In this document: piece by piece, positions 37,038-46,737 of the stretch
Layout: every line of letters begins with the position of its first letter
Numbering within the stretch: the first letter of the stretch is position 1
NCBI GenBank assembly: GCA_033763315.1
Contig: JANRKS010000017.1
Coordinates: 97,597-161,596 of the forward strand
Source: Deltaproteobacteria bacterium
GTDB lineage: Bacteria; Myxococcota_A; Polyangia; Fen-1088
Direction: 5' to 3'
Length of the DNA: 64,000 nucleotides
Translations under genes and position numbers: made by a program
The notes under the pieces: model-generated
Told to the model about the DNA's origin: nothing
Databases searched by the model: none
Seen by the model: the letters and a program-made list of their open reading frames with translations, nothing else

Positions 37038-37573
37038 GTTGTTTTCACCGCCGCGGCGATGTTTTGACGAAGACCCGCGCCAAATTGTTCGCGCGCCACA
37101 CGCGCGTCAGCCACCCATGCGACGCAATTTGTGGCGTCGATCACAAACGTCATCGGTAAGGTTGCGACTCGAAACTTGCCCGCCAACACATGCGCCGGAT
37201 CGTGAATGACAAAAAATGGAAGCGCGAAGCGGCGCACCTGTGCCACAGCGCTCGCGATGTCTTCATCGACGGACACACCCACAACCGCGGCCTCTTGGCT
37301 CACCGCGCGCAGGACCGCGAAGCGATCGTGGCAAGGGGCGCAGTAGGCCGCAAAAAAATCCACGATCCAAACACCGCCTCTTAGCGCGGATGAATTCACA
37401 GGCCGTCCTGCAAGATCGCGCTTCTCGAACATAGGCGCTGTGTGCCGCAGGTGAGGGTGCGGGCTCGAAGGCATCAACCCACCGGTCGCACCACGCGCAC
37501 ATGCTGCAAGACACGCCAACGCCGGCGCGAGCAGAGCTCGCCGGGCAAAGCTCGCGGGAGCCACGTGGCGCAT
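37034..37573 (-). CDS. TlpA/ResA-like thioredoxin (disulfide reductase) lipoprotein
   Basis: VDFFAAYCAPC; VVGVSVD; LPMTFVID; lipobox LAAC; ATGA overlap with the downstream gene. Confidence 0.85.
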   Translation of the reverse strand: MRHVAPASFARRALLAPALACLAACARGATGGLMPSSPHPHLRHTAPMFEKRDLAGRPVNSSALRGGVWIVDFFAAYCAPCHDRFAVLRAVSQEAAVVGVSVDEDIASAVAQVRRFALPFFVIHDPAHVLAGKFRVATLPMTFVIDATNCVAWVADARVAREQFGAGLRQNIAAAVKTT

Positions 37574-37773
37574 GGTCCTATTTTCGGCGCTTTGAGGCAG
37601 AACGTGAACGCCGGGCTTTGGCATGGGTGTATGTGTTGCGTGGGCCTACCTAAGAGATGCGAACGCCCTGGCGGCCGCCGGATTCCGCCGTCGTTTAACT
37701 ATCGACAATCGCTTTTGCTGCCGATTCCCTCCAGTATATGAAGAGTGAACCACCAGGAAGTTCGGGTGATCGC

Positions 37774-39486
37774 ATGAAGTTTACTGTGAAGCTTCACTTG
37801 GGAAGCGCGCTTGCGCTCCTCTTCGCGGCCTGCTCAGGGGCCGTTTCCGGCGACGGAACGGGTGACGGATTCGGCGCCCAAGGTGGTGGTGGCGGCCGCT
37901 CTGGAGGCGGCCCAGGCGCCACGCACGCGTGCCCTAAAGCAGGCGCTGCGGATCCCGGTGCGTCGCCGTTGCGGCGACTCTCGAAGGTTGAATACAACAA
38001 CACCGTGGCCGACCTGCTGGGTGACACCAGCGAGCCTGCGAATGCGTTCCCTCCAGAATCGCGCGTGCATGGTTTCGACAACCAAGTGACGACTCAGACG
38101 GTGACGTACACGCTGGCGGATTACATGTTCAAAACCGCCGAGCAGCTCGCGAACAGAGCGATCACCAAACTCGACACACTGTATTCGTGTGACGTCGCGA
38201 AGCTGGGCGAGATGACTTGCGCGCAGACCTTCGTTCGCGACTTTGGCAAACGCGCCTACCGTCGGCCCTTGCTTGCCGCGGAGGAAACGAGCCTCATGGG
38301 GACCTACACCAAGGGCAGGCAAACGGGCGACTTCAAGAACGGCTTGCGTTTGGTGATCACGCGCTTGTTGGCGTCGCCACACTTTCTGTATCGCCCTGAG
38401 CTCGGCGATGCGGGTGCCGCGAACGCCCGAGGGGCTGTGCCATTGACGGCGTATGAAGTGGCTTCGCGGCTTTCCTATCTGCTGTGGGGAACGATGCCCG
38501 ACCAAACCTTGTTCGATGCCGCAGACAAGAACGAACTGTCCACCGCGAACCAGGTGTCTTCACACGTGGCGCGAATGATGAATGACCCCAAGGCAAAAGC
38601 AGCGGTGCGGAGATTCTATTCGGGGTGGCTCATGTTGGATCGGCTGGCCCAGTCGTCCAAAGATGAGAAGTTGTTTCCGGGTTATGGCGCCGTTGTGCCT
38701 TCAATGATGGAAGAGATCACACGCACGATGGATGATGTGATCTGGGGGGACGATGCCTCGGTCACCAAGCTGTTCACCACTGATTACACTTTTGCCAACC
38801 GGGATCTGGCTTCGTTTGTCGGGCTCTCAAATGCCGCCTCGATGAACAAAGACTTCGCGCGCGTGAGCTTGTCGCCACAGGGGCCGGGAGGCGCCTCACA
38901 GCGTATGGGCATTCTGGCAACGCCAGGTTTGTTGGCCGCGCAATCAAAGCCGCAAGAAACGTCGCCGGTGTTGCGGGGCCGCTTTGTGCTCGAACAGATG
39001 CTGTGCATGGAATTGCCTTTGCCACCCGCGGGCGTGCCGCCTCTCGAGGCTGTGGACACCTCGGCGCTGACCACGCGCGAACGGTTTGAGCAACATGCCG
39101 AATCAGCGTGCGCTTCGTGCCACAAGTTCTTGGACCCCATTGGCTTTGCCTTCGAGAATTTCGACGCTGCCGGGCGATACCGTTCCACCGAGAAAAACAA
39201 GCCCATCAACACGAGCGGTACCCTCACCGAAACAGATGTGGACGGGGCATTTGACAACGCCGTGGGCCTCACGAACCTCTTGGCCAAAAGCGAGCGCGTG
39301 CGTGAGTGCATTGCCAAACAATGGTTTCGGTTCGCGATGGGGCGCAACGAGACGGATGAGGCCGAGCGCGGGTTAGGGCAGTTGGCCTGCGGCTTCCGCG
39401 GCGACGAGGCCAATCTGAACACGCTTTTAGGTGCGGTGACGCAAACCGATGCCTTCCTCTACAAAACGGCGGGAGCCAAACCATGA
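37774..39486 (+). CDS. DUF1592/DUF1588-family multidomain lipoprotein with one CxxCH
   Basis: LRRLSKVEYNNTVADLL; ASRLSYLLWGTMPD; TSPVLRG; CASCH; lipobox FAAC. Confidence 0.9.
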   Translation: MKFTVKLHLGSALALLFAACSGAVSGDGTGDGFGAQGGGGGRSGGGPGATHACPKAGAADPGASPLRRLSKVEYNNTVADLLGDTSEPANAFPPESRVHGFDNQVTTQTVTYTLADYMFKTAEQLANRAITKLDTLYSCDVAKLGEMTCAQTFVRDFGKRAYRRPLLAAEETSLMGTYTKGRQTGDFKNGLRLVITRLLASPHFLYRPELGDAGAANARGAVPLTAYEVASRLSYLLWGTMPDQTLFDAADKNELSTANQVSSHVARMMNDPKAKAAVRRFYSGWLMLDRLAQSSKDEKLFPGYGAVVPSMMEEITRTMDDVIWGDDASVTKLFTTDYTFANRDLASFVGLSNAASMNKDFARVSLSPQGPGGASQRMGILATPGLLAAQSKPQETSPVLRGRFVLEQMLCMELPLPPAGVPPLEAVDTSALTTRERFEQHAESACASCHKFLDPIGFAFENFDAAGRYRSTEKNKPINTSGTLTETDVDGAFDNAVGLTNLLAKSERVRECIAKQWFRFAMGRNETDEAERGLGQLACGFRGDEANLNTLLGAVTQTDAFLYKTAGAKP

Positions 39487-40850
39487 AACGCATCAATCGT
39501 CGAACCGTGTTGCGTGGCTTGGGCGGGGTTGTGGTGCCTTTGCCCCTCTTGGATATCATGGCCCGCACGGCGCCGGCGCGCGCCGAGTCCTCGATCACCA
39601 AGACGGGCCCCAACGGTGCACCCAAACGATTTATTGTGTTCTTCACGCCGTGTGGCCAGGGTGCCGATTGGCTGCGTTGCACGAACGACGCGCAGGGCAA
39701 GCTGGTGCTCAGCGCGGCCATGCAGCCCTTGCAGCGCCATAAAGACCAATTGATGGTTTTGGATGGCATAAACAACAAGAGCGCGCTGTTCGACGCGGCC
39801 TCGATCGATCCCGGCCACCAAAAGCCCATGGTGAACCTGATGACTTGCTTGCCCTCCAACAACGGCCTGGGCGGTGGCATTTCGATCGATCAGGCGATTG
39901 CGAAGGAGATCTCAACAGGCACGAAATTCCCGTCGGTGCAGTTGGGTGTGCAGCCAAACGGGGGCTTTTCCGGGGCGCTTTCCTACAGCGCCGCTCGTGT
40001 GCCCATTCCCCCCATTGGCGATCCGAAACAAGCGTTTACGCGGCTGTTCTCTGATCTCAACACGGACCAAACCACTTTCGCCAAGCTTAACGCCGATCGA
40101 AAATCGATTCTCGATGGCATCAAAGAAGACTTCAGCGGCTTGGCGCAAAAGCTAAGCGGTGACGATCGGATGAAGATCGAGTCTCACCTTGATGGCATTC
40201 GAGAAGTTGAATCGCGTCTGGTGTCTTCTAACACCACGAGTTGCCTTGCTCCCACGGCGCCTGCGGCCGGGGGCACGGGCGCGGACGGCTTGATCGCCGC
40301 CGGCGACGCATACATCAAGCTTTTGGCCACGGCATTGGCCTGTGACCTTACCCGCGTGGCCTCGATCATGTACCAAGGATCGGGAGGCAACCCGCAGCTG
40401 CCTGGCATGCCCAAGGGCATTCATGACGCTTCTCACGATTACGGAGCGCTTGGCTGGCCGGTGCGCAACCAATACACATCGTGGTTCGCCGGGCGCTTCG
40501 CCATGTTGATGGATCTCTTGAAGGCCGCGGACGAAGGGGGGCGTTCTGTTCTCGACAACACCGTGATCTACTGGTGCTCCGAGCACGGCGCGGGCAACCA
40601 CAACTATGACTGGATGCCGATCTTGGTGGCCGGAAGCGGCGGCGGGTACTTCAAGACAGGGCGGCAAATCAAATACCCCAACCTCACGGATGGCCTGAAC
40701 TATGTGCAATACAACGCGGGCTCCGACAAGGCCACCGGTCCAAGCCAAGCGGACCTCTACGTTTCATTCATGAACGCCATGGGTATTAGCGCCAACACCT
40801 TTGGCGTTGCAAGCCAGTGCAAGGGGGCGTTGCCTAATCTCACGGTGTAG
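39483..40850 (+). CDS. DUF1552 domain protein with Tat signal
   Basis: INRRTVLRGLGG; SIDQ; LACDLTRVAS; IHDASH; SEHGAGNH. Confidence 0.9.
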   Translation: MKRINRRTVLRGLGGVVVPLPLLDIMARTAPARAESSITKTGPNGAPKRFIVFFTPCGQGADWLRCTNDAQGKLVLSAAMQPLQRHKDQLMVLDGINNKSALFDAASIDPGHQKPMVNLMTCLPSNNGLGGGISIDQAIAKEISTGTKFPSVQLGVQPNGGFSGALSYSAARVPIPPIGDPKQAFTRLFSDLNTDQTTFAKLNADRKSILDGIKEDFSGLAQKLSGDDRMKIESHLDGIREVESRLVSSNTTSCLAPTAPAAGGTGADGLIAAGDAYIKLLATALACDLTRVASIMYQGSGGNPQLPGMPKGIHDASHDYGALGWPVRNQYTSWFAGRFAMLMDLLKAADEGGRSVLDNTVIYWCSEHGAGNHNYDWMPILVAGSGGGYFKTGRQIKYPNLTDGLNYVQYNAGSDKATGPSQADLYVSFMNAMGISANTFGVASQCKGALPNLTV

Positions 40851-40928
40851 GAGGTCCGAACCCGTCTGGTAAGCGCCCCGCGCTGGTCAGCATCTGATAC
40901 ATTGCGCCCAGACAATGAGGGGGTGCAT

Positions 40929-41942
40929 GTGAACTTCGCAGAGCTTTCGTCGGGTGATGTGGCGCCAGGCTTGTTGCTTGGATTTGTGGTTTGGTTTGTG
41001 GTGCGGCACGTGGTCACCGGTTTTTACACCGTGGATCAAAACGAACGCGCTGTGAAAACGGTGTTGGGTCGCGCGGTGAGGGTGGGGCAAGCCACCACCA
41101 CGGAGCTGCCCATGGCGGCTTCGTTGCGGCCTGACGAGCAGACGCGCTACGCTTATCCTCAGGTGCGCGTGATTCCCCCGGGTGGCCCTTACTTTCGGTG
41201 GCCATGGGAAAGAATCCACAAGGTTTCGATCGCCACTCAAACGGTGAATATCGCGTTTGATCCAGAATCGCCCGGTGCCAACAACGGTGGAACGGTGCTT
41301 GAGGCCGTGACCAAAGATCACCTCAACACAGGGTTGACGGGACAGCTTCGCTATCGTGTGTCTGAGCAAAACCTATACGCTTACCTTTTCGGCGTGCAGC
41401 GGCCGTTCTTGCACGTGATGGGCTATTTCGTTTCGATTCTGCGTGAACGCATCGCGAACTTCGAGGCGCCCCAGCGCAACCCGCTGTCCACTGACGCGAT
41501 TACGGAGTCCGCCAGCGTTCATGGCGTGTCGATTAATGATTTGCGCAAGAACCTGCGGGATCTGAATGAACACATGGATGCCGAGAGCCGGTCTTCGGTG
41601 GCTCGCTACGGCATTGCGCTCGACGCGTGCTTGATCACTGGCATTGATCCACCGCACGAGGTTGAATCAGCCTTGGCGGCCATCAACACGGCTCACAACC
41701 ATGTGTCCTCCGAGATCAGCTTGGCGCAAGCGGGCGCCGACCAGAAGATCGTTCAATCGCGGCGCGCGGTTGAGATCGAAACCCTCAAGGCACAAGCCGA
41801 AGTCGAGCCACTCGTCGCTGTGGCGCAACAGCTCGCCACGATTAAGCAGGGGGGACCGGGGGTGCTGGCGGCCTATCTGCGCAACGTGCGTTTGGCGTTG
41901 CTGCAGAAGGCGGATCGCGTGTTCTTGGAGATCAAGGAGTAG
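40929..41942 (+). CDS. SPFH (band 7/stomatin/prohibitin) domain protein
   Basis: N-terminal TM followed by GFYTVDQNERAV; PGGPYFRWPWE; ITGIDPP; coiled-coil tail. Confidence 0.85.
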   Translation: MNFAELSSGDVAPGLLLGFVVWFVVRHVVTGFYTVDQNERAVKTVLGRAVRVGQATTTELPMAASLRPDEQTRYAYPQVRVIPPGGPYFRWPWERIHKVSIATQTVNIAFDPESPGANNGGTVLEAVTKDHLNTGLTGQLRYRVSEQNLYAYLFGVQRPFLHVMGYFVSILRERIANFEAPQRNPLSTDAITESASVHGVSINDLRKNLRDLNEHMDAESRSSVARYGIALDACLITGIDPPHEVESALAAINTAHNHVSSEISLAQAGADQKIVQSRRAVEIETLKAQAEVEPLVAVAQQLATIKQGGPGVLAAYLRNVRLALLQKADRVFLEIKE

Positions 41943-41944
41943 CC

Positions 41945-42847
41945 ATGCTGGTATTCGCTGGAATCGGTTTTGCTTTATGCCTCGTTCTGTTGCCCATGGC
42001 GTTTGCCGTTCTGCGGCTGCTTGGTGTTTATGCCATCGTCAAAGAACGTGAATGCCGGGTATTCGTCCTGTTTGGCAAAGTGCTGGCCTCCATCGACGAG
42101 CCAGGTTTGCATTTCCTTTGGTTCAAACTGGGCCCGGCGGCTCTGATTGTGAACTGGTTGGGCAAATCCTACGCCATCGATATGCGGCTCGATCAACAGT
42201 ACCTACGCAGCCAGCCCGTGAACTCGGAAGAGGGCGCACCGATGGGCATCGGCATTTGGTACGAGATGTTCATCAGCGATCCCGTGGCATATCTATTCCG
42301 CAACGCCGATCCGCGTGGCTCCTTGGCGGCAAACGTGGGCAACGCGGCGGTGCGCTGCTTATCGAATATGCCGCTTGAAGGCATGCTCGAGAACCGCCAC
42401 CAGATGAGCCAATCGGTGCGCGATGAGGTTTCACCCAAGGCGCACGAATGGGGATACCAACTTGGCTCCGTCTATATACGCAAGGTCCACTTTCGAGATG
42501 ACGCCATGATTGCTCAGATCGAGGCCAAGGTGGTGAACCGCCTGCGACAGGTGACGTCGGCCATTCAACAAGGGGGCGCCAACCAGGTGAGCATTATCAA
42601 GAGCACCGCGGAACGACAAGCGGCGATCGAGTTCGCCAAAGCCGCAGCCTTGCGTCCCGAGATCGTGGGGGCCGCTTTGAACAAGATTGCCGCTGATCCA
42701 GAGGTGCTCGAGACCATGTTCAAGATGCTTGAGACCGAACGGTTGTTAGAAGGCGAACGCCGCGTGACGTTTGTGCCGCAAGGCACGGGCAGTTTGGCGC
42801 CTTTACTTGCGGGCGCTTCACCCACGATCGTTCGCCCGTCACGTTGA
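41945..42847 (+). CDS. SPFH domain protein (second of a pair)
   Basis: N-terminal TM; VLFGK...EPGLHF; WGYQLGSVYIRKV. Confidence 0.85.
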   Translation: MLVFAGIGFALCLVLLPMAFAVLRLLGVYAIVKERECRVFVLFGKVLASIDEPGLHFLWFKLGPAALIVNWLGKSYAIDMRLDQQYLRSQPVNSEEGAPMGIGIWYEMFISDPVAYLFRNADPRGSLAANVGNAAVRCLSNMPLEGMLENRHQMSQSVRDEVSPKAHEWGYQLGSVYIRKVHFRDDAMIAQIEAKVVNRLRQVTSAIQQGGANQVSIIKSTAERQAAIEFAKAAALRPEIVGAALNKIAADPEVLETMFKMLETERLLEGERRVTFVPQGTGSLAPLLAGASPTIVRPSR

Positions 42848-43071
42848 TTGCTGCGTGCAAGAACTGCGAAGCCCTAAAAAAATGCGCTGCGCGCGCAATT
42901 GCTGCACGGAAACGAGGGGAAAACGCCGCAAAAAACGCGCCTTAGGGCGTGCTTTGTAACTGTGGGGTCGACCCAAGGTTTCGTCTTTGCCAAATCGTTG
43001 ATTAGCGCTTGAGGCCGCCGCCGAAACCGTTACCATGCAGCCGTTGCGGCCAAGGCCGCGGTTAAGAAACC

Positions 43072-43686
43072 ATGGCTCAGACGATCGTTATTGTTGCGCT
43101 CTCGCTTGCGTTGGCCTTTGCGGCGTTTCTCCATTTCGGCGTGCCAACCCTGCTGCACACGCATTGGGGAAAGCTTGCCCTGCTGGTTGGCGCGGTGGTG
43201 CTTCCGGTTGTCACCTCTGCAGGCAGTATGGCCGTGGGGTTTCACCAATCGAGCCGCACGGTGTTCTGCTTGACCTGCCACGAGATGCAGAACCACGGCA
43301 AAAGCTTGTTTGCCGACAATCCGAAATCATTGGTGGCGGCTCACTACCAAAATCGCTTGGTGGATCGAGACAGCATTTGTTACTCGTGCCACAAGGACTA
43401 CGCGATGTTCGGCGACGTCAAGGCGAAGCTCAATGGGCTACGTCACGTTTATGTGCACTATCTCGGTAGCATTCCCAACAAGTTTGCGCTCTACCAGCCG
43501 TATCCCAACTCGAACTGCTTGCATTGTCACGCCGATGCACGTCGCTTTGTGGAAGGCCAAGCACATGCGGGAGTTATGACGAAGATCTTGTCGAACCAGA
43601 TGTCGTGCCTTGGCTGCCACAACGTGGCCCATGACATGAAGAATGTGGAAGCTGGAAATTTTTGGCAGGCGCAATACCCCCAGTAG
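43072..43686 (+). CDS. NapC/NirT (NrfH/CymA-like) membrane-anchored tetraheme cytochrome c
   Basis: Two N-terminal hydrophobic helices; FCLTCHEM, CYSCH, CLHCH and CLGCH...AH; KAKLNGLRH. Confidence 0.9.
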   Translation: MAQTIVIVALSLALAFAAFLHFGVPTLLHTHWGKLALLVGAVVLPVVTSAGSMAVGFHQSSRTVFCLTCHEMQNHGKSLFADNPKSLVAAHYQNRLVDRDSICYSCHKDYAMFGDVKAKLNGLRHVYVHYLGSIPNKFALYQPYPNSNCLHCHADARRFVEGQAHAGVMTKILSNQMSCLGCHNVAHDMKNVEAGNFWQAQYPQ

Positions 43687-43692
43687 CTCCTG

Positions 43693-43896
43693 ATGGGAAC
43701 CAAAAACGAAAAACAAGTGCGTCGAGGCCTTTTGCTCACAGGTATGGGCCTAGCGATTGAGGTTGGCGCGCAATTTTATTGGACGCCCATGACCTTCGTC
43801 GTGGCGGCGTCCGTGGGTGTTCCACTGGTGCTGCTGGGAGCCTGGATGTTTATGCAAGCCGCGTGGCGATCGCTTAAACAAAAGGGAGCCCTATGA
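43693..43896 (+). CDS. Small two-TM membrane protein in the cytochrome operon
   Basis: 67 aa with two hydrophobic segments; starts 6 nt after the NapC-like gene and overlaps the next gene at ATGA. Confidence 0.7.
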   Translation: MGTKNEKQVRRGLLLTGMGLAIEVGAQFYWTPMTFVVAASVGVPLVLLGAWMFMQAAWRSLKQKGAL

Positions 43897-44210
43897 CCGG
43901 GCGGCAAGGACTGGTTCTAACGTTGGCGTTCGGTGCCGTGAGCCTTGTTTCCGTGTGGGCTGTGGCCGTGCCTGATGTGGTGCGCATTCCACACCGCGAT
44001 CTCGCTACACCGATGCCCAACGCCCGCTTTTCTCATCGTGGCCACGCACAGTACCAGTGCTATTCGTGCCATCCCTCTGTGTTCCCGCAAATGCGTGAGA
44101 GCTTCACGCACGTGCAGATGGATGAAGGCCGCTACTGCGCGCGCTGCCACAACGGCGGTGCGGCACCGGCCGTGAAGTCTTACGCATGTGAGGTGTGCCA
44201 TGCGCGCTGA
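43893..44210 (+). CDS. c7-like periplasmic triheme cytochrome c
   Basis: Signal peptide; FSHRGH; CYSCH, CARCH(NG) and CEVCH. Confidence 0.88.
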   Translation: MTGRQGLVLTLAFGAVSLVSVWAVAVPDVVRIPHRDLATPMPNARFSHRGHAQYQCYSCHPSVFPQMRESFTHVQMDEGRYCARCHNGGAAPAVKSYACEVCHAR

Positions 44211-46290
44211 GGTTGGGGCGCTGCTCGCGCTGCTCGTTTGGCCGTCGCTTGCGTCGGCTGAGCCAACCCGCCCCGAGAAGAACCGGCAGCAGTTGCTGGA
44301 CGAGCTGGGCTTGCATCGGGTCAACAAGCCTGAACCTGCCGAACCGAAACCTGCCGAGGCTGAACCCGCGGAACCTGAATCGCCAACAACTCAGCCCTCC
44401 GCGGCTGCGGAGTCCACCAAGCCGGCTGGGCCTGCACCGCCTTCGTTCAAGCGCCAGATCCATCCGTGGCTCAATCAAATGTGTGGTGCGTGCCATATGA
44501 AGGACGGGCCTGCCGGCGCGACGGGGTTGCTGTTGGGTCAAAGCGGCGCGCGCGATCACGCGAGCGTCGTGAAGTTTACGAACATGCGCGCGCCCAAGAA
44601 AAGCAGCCTCGTACTTAAAGCGCTGGGCAGCGCGCACGGGGGGGGCGCTGTGGCCACGGCGGGATCCTCCGAAATGCGCCGGTTGTTGGCCTGGATCGCG
44701 AGCGGTGCGCCCTATGTGGACCCCGTGGCGGACGCCAACCCTGTCGCTCTTCCCGCAACGAGGGCGCCTTCGAAGAACAAAGCAAATACGGAGGTTGCCC
44801 CCGCCGCTGCCGCGCCGGCTGAGCCTGCTGCGAATCTGAGCGCCACGCCCGTGGTGGTGGCTTCTCCAGAGGTTTCATCGCTGCCTGAAACACCGAAGGC
44901 CGCGCCCGCATCAACAGCCTTCGCCGATGTTGTGCACCCGGTGTTGCATAGCAAATGCAGCACGTGCCACAGCGCCGCGGGTATGGCGGCGCGCACGCGG
45001 TTTGTGCTCACGGGTGACATCAAAGCTGATTATGCCGGCGTCGCTGTGTTGGTGACACCGGGCGCACCCGACCAAAGTTTGCTGCTGCAGAAGGCATCAG
45101 GCCAAGCACACCTGCCCGTGTTGCCGAAGGGCACGGAGGCTTTCATCGCCGTTGCTGCCTGGATCAACGATGGCGCGCCAAGTGGTGCGCCATCGCCACC
45201 CGCGTCTATCGAAGCCGCCGCGCCCGACACGGGGGGGCGCCTCACGTCATCAACCCCGTCGCCGCCGTTGTCTCACGCGTCGCTTCCGATGGCGCCACCC
45301 TCCAATCCCGGATTCGCGCTGGCAGGGTTTCGTCTCAATGGCCGCTTCGACATGAACTTGGAACGTCGTGGTGTTTCCGCGCAGCCTTTTAGCGACGGCC
45401 AAACGCAGCTCCAGAACTATCATCACTTCTTGTTTCTTTCGCGCGACGACGCGGATGAGCCGATCAACTTCAGCGTCGAGTTGACGGCCTTGACCTTCTG
45501 GGAAGCGAGCTTGCGCGTGTCACCAGCGCACGCGCCTTATGACCTGCGTTTGAAGGTGGGCAAGCTCATCGTGCCCTTCGGCGCGGAGCCGCTGTTCCAT
45601 CAAAGTTATGGTGGCTTGCAGGGTTTCGATCAAAAGGTTTTGCCGGTGTTTTGGGCGCAAAATGGTTTTGGCGCCAAACTATCCAAACGTCTGTCGCACC
45701 TCGGCCTCATGGCCGACGCGTTCGTGGTGCGTGGCTACGCTCTGCGCGACGCCGAGGGGGTGCTTAGCCTGCAAAGCGACATCTCATCAACGGACGACGT
45801 GCGGCCTGCCTATGGCTTGCGTTTGAACGCGTCTTTTGGCCCGGCCTCGGCCTATTACAGCCTGCTCGTGAACGGACTTGGCTTTGGCCGCACGCTGGTC
45901 ATGCAAGCGATCGATCTGAGCTTGTGGCGCTGGCATGGCGTACCCGTGCTTGAGCGCTTCACTTTCGGCCTTGGTTTCTTGCGTGCCGACATCTCTGGTG
46001 GGGGCCCAGGCAAGGACTATTACCATTTCGCCAGCTACTACCAGGCGCGCTTTTACATCACGGACGTTGTGTACGTGCAGTACCGCCAAGGTTTGCGAAC
46101 GTTCAATAACCGCCGCGGCTTCTATCAAGATACCACGCGGTTTACCGTTGAAGATGGCTCCGCCCACAACGTAGGCATCGTGTGGCGACACAAAGCTTGG
46201 ACCACCGGTGCCTTTGGCTTCTGGAACCTCGAGAAGGTCAATGAAGCGCGCGATGACTTCTTCCGTTTGGTGGTGGCCTATGAGTTCTAG
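44200..46290 (+). CDS. Diheme cytochrome c fused to a C-terminal outer-membrane porin-like beta-barrel
   Basis: Signal peptide ending ASA-E; two homologous cytochrome domains (CGACH, CSTCH) with Pro/Ala linkers; barrel with RLNGRFDM and LKVGKLIVPFG; terminal VVAYEF. Confidence 0.8.
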   Translation: MRAEVGALLALLVWPSLASAEPTRPEKNRQQLLDELGLHRVNKPEPAEPKPAEAEPAEPESPTTQPSAAAESTKPAGPAPPSFKRQIHPWLNQMCGACHMKDGPAGATGLLLGQSGARDHASVVKFTNMRAPKKSSLVLKALGSAHGGGAVATAGSSEMRRLLAWIASGAPYVDPVADANPVALPATRAPSKNKANTEVAPAAAAPAEPAANLSATPVVVASPEVSSLPETPKAAPASTAFADVVHPVLHSKCSTCHSAAGMAARTRFVLTGDIKADYAGVAVLVTPGAPDQSLLLQKASGQAHLPVLPKGTEAFIAVAAWINDGAPSGAPSPPASIEAAAPDTGGRLTSSTPSPPLSHASLPMAPPSNPGFALAGFRLNGRFDMNLERRGVSAQPFSDGQTQLQNYHHFLFLSRDDADEPINFSVELTALTFWEASLRVSPAHAPYDLRLKVGKLIVPFGAEPLFHQSYGGLQGFDQKVLPVFWAQNGFGAKLSKRLSHLGLMADAFVVRGYALRDAEGVLSLQSDISSTDDVRPAYGLRLNASFGPASAYYSLLVNGLGFGRTLVMQAIDLSLWRWHGVPVLERFTFGLGFLRADISGGGPGKDYYHFASYYQARFYITDVVYVQYRQGLRTFNNRRGFYQDTTRFTVEDGSAHNVGIVWRHKAWTTGAFGFWNLEKVNEARDDFFRLVVAYEF

Positions 46291-46720
46291 ATGGCTGGTG
46301 TTGCTGCTGTTTGCTGGCTGCGCGGATTTGTCACGCGGCGAGACGCCTGAAGTGCCCGATGCGGCTTTGGCGCAAGACGCGCAGGGCCCCGCCGACGGAG
46401 CCATGGCTGACGACGCTGAGAGCGCAGACCCCAAACCTTCCACCGTTGTGTTCGCTGACGTGCAGCCGCTGTTCGCTGCCGGCTGCGGCGAGTGCCACCG
46501 CATGGGAGGTCAGGCTGCGAACACCACACTTCTGCTAACGGGTGACGCCAGCTCGGATTTGGCCACCTTATTGCCGTACATAAACCGCAACGACAACGCA
46601 AACAGCCGCTTGTTGACGAAAGCCTTCGGGCGCAACCACGGCGGCGGTGCGATTTGGTCCTCTGGCTCGATGCAGGCGACAACCGTATTGATGTGGATCC
46701 AACAAGGAGCGCGGCCGTGA
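46280..46720 (+). CDS. Monoheme cytochrome c lipoprotein
   Basis: Lipobox FAGC; VQPLFAAGCGECH...HGGG...WIQQGA, homologous to the heme domains of the upstream gene. Confidence 0.82.
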   Translation: MSSRWLVLLLFAGCADLSRGETPEVPDAALAQDAQGPADGAMADDAESADPKPSTVVFADVQPLFAAGCGECHRMGGQAANTTLLLTGDASSDLATLLPYINRNDNANSRLLTKAFGRNHGGGAIWSSGSMQATTVLMWIQQGARP

Positions 46721-46737
46721 GGCGCGAGACGAAAGCG

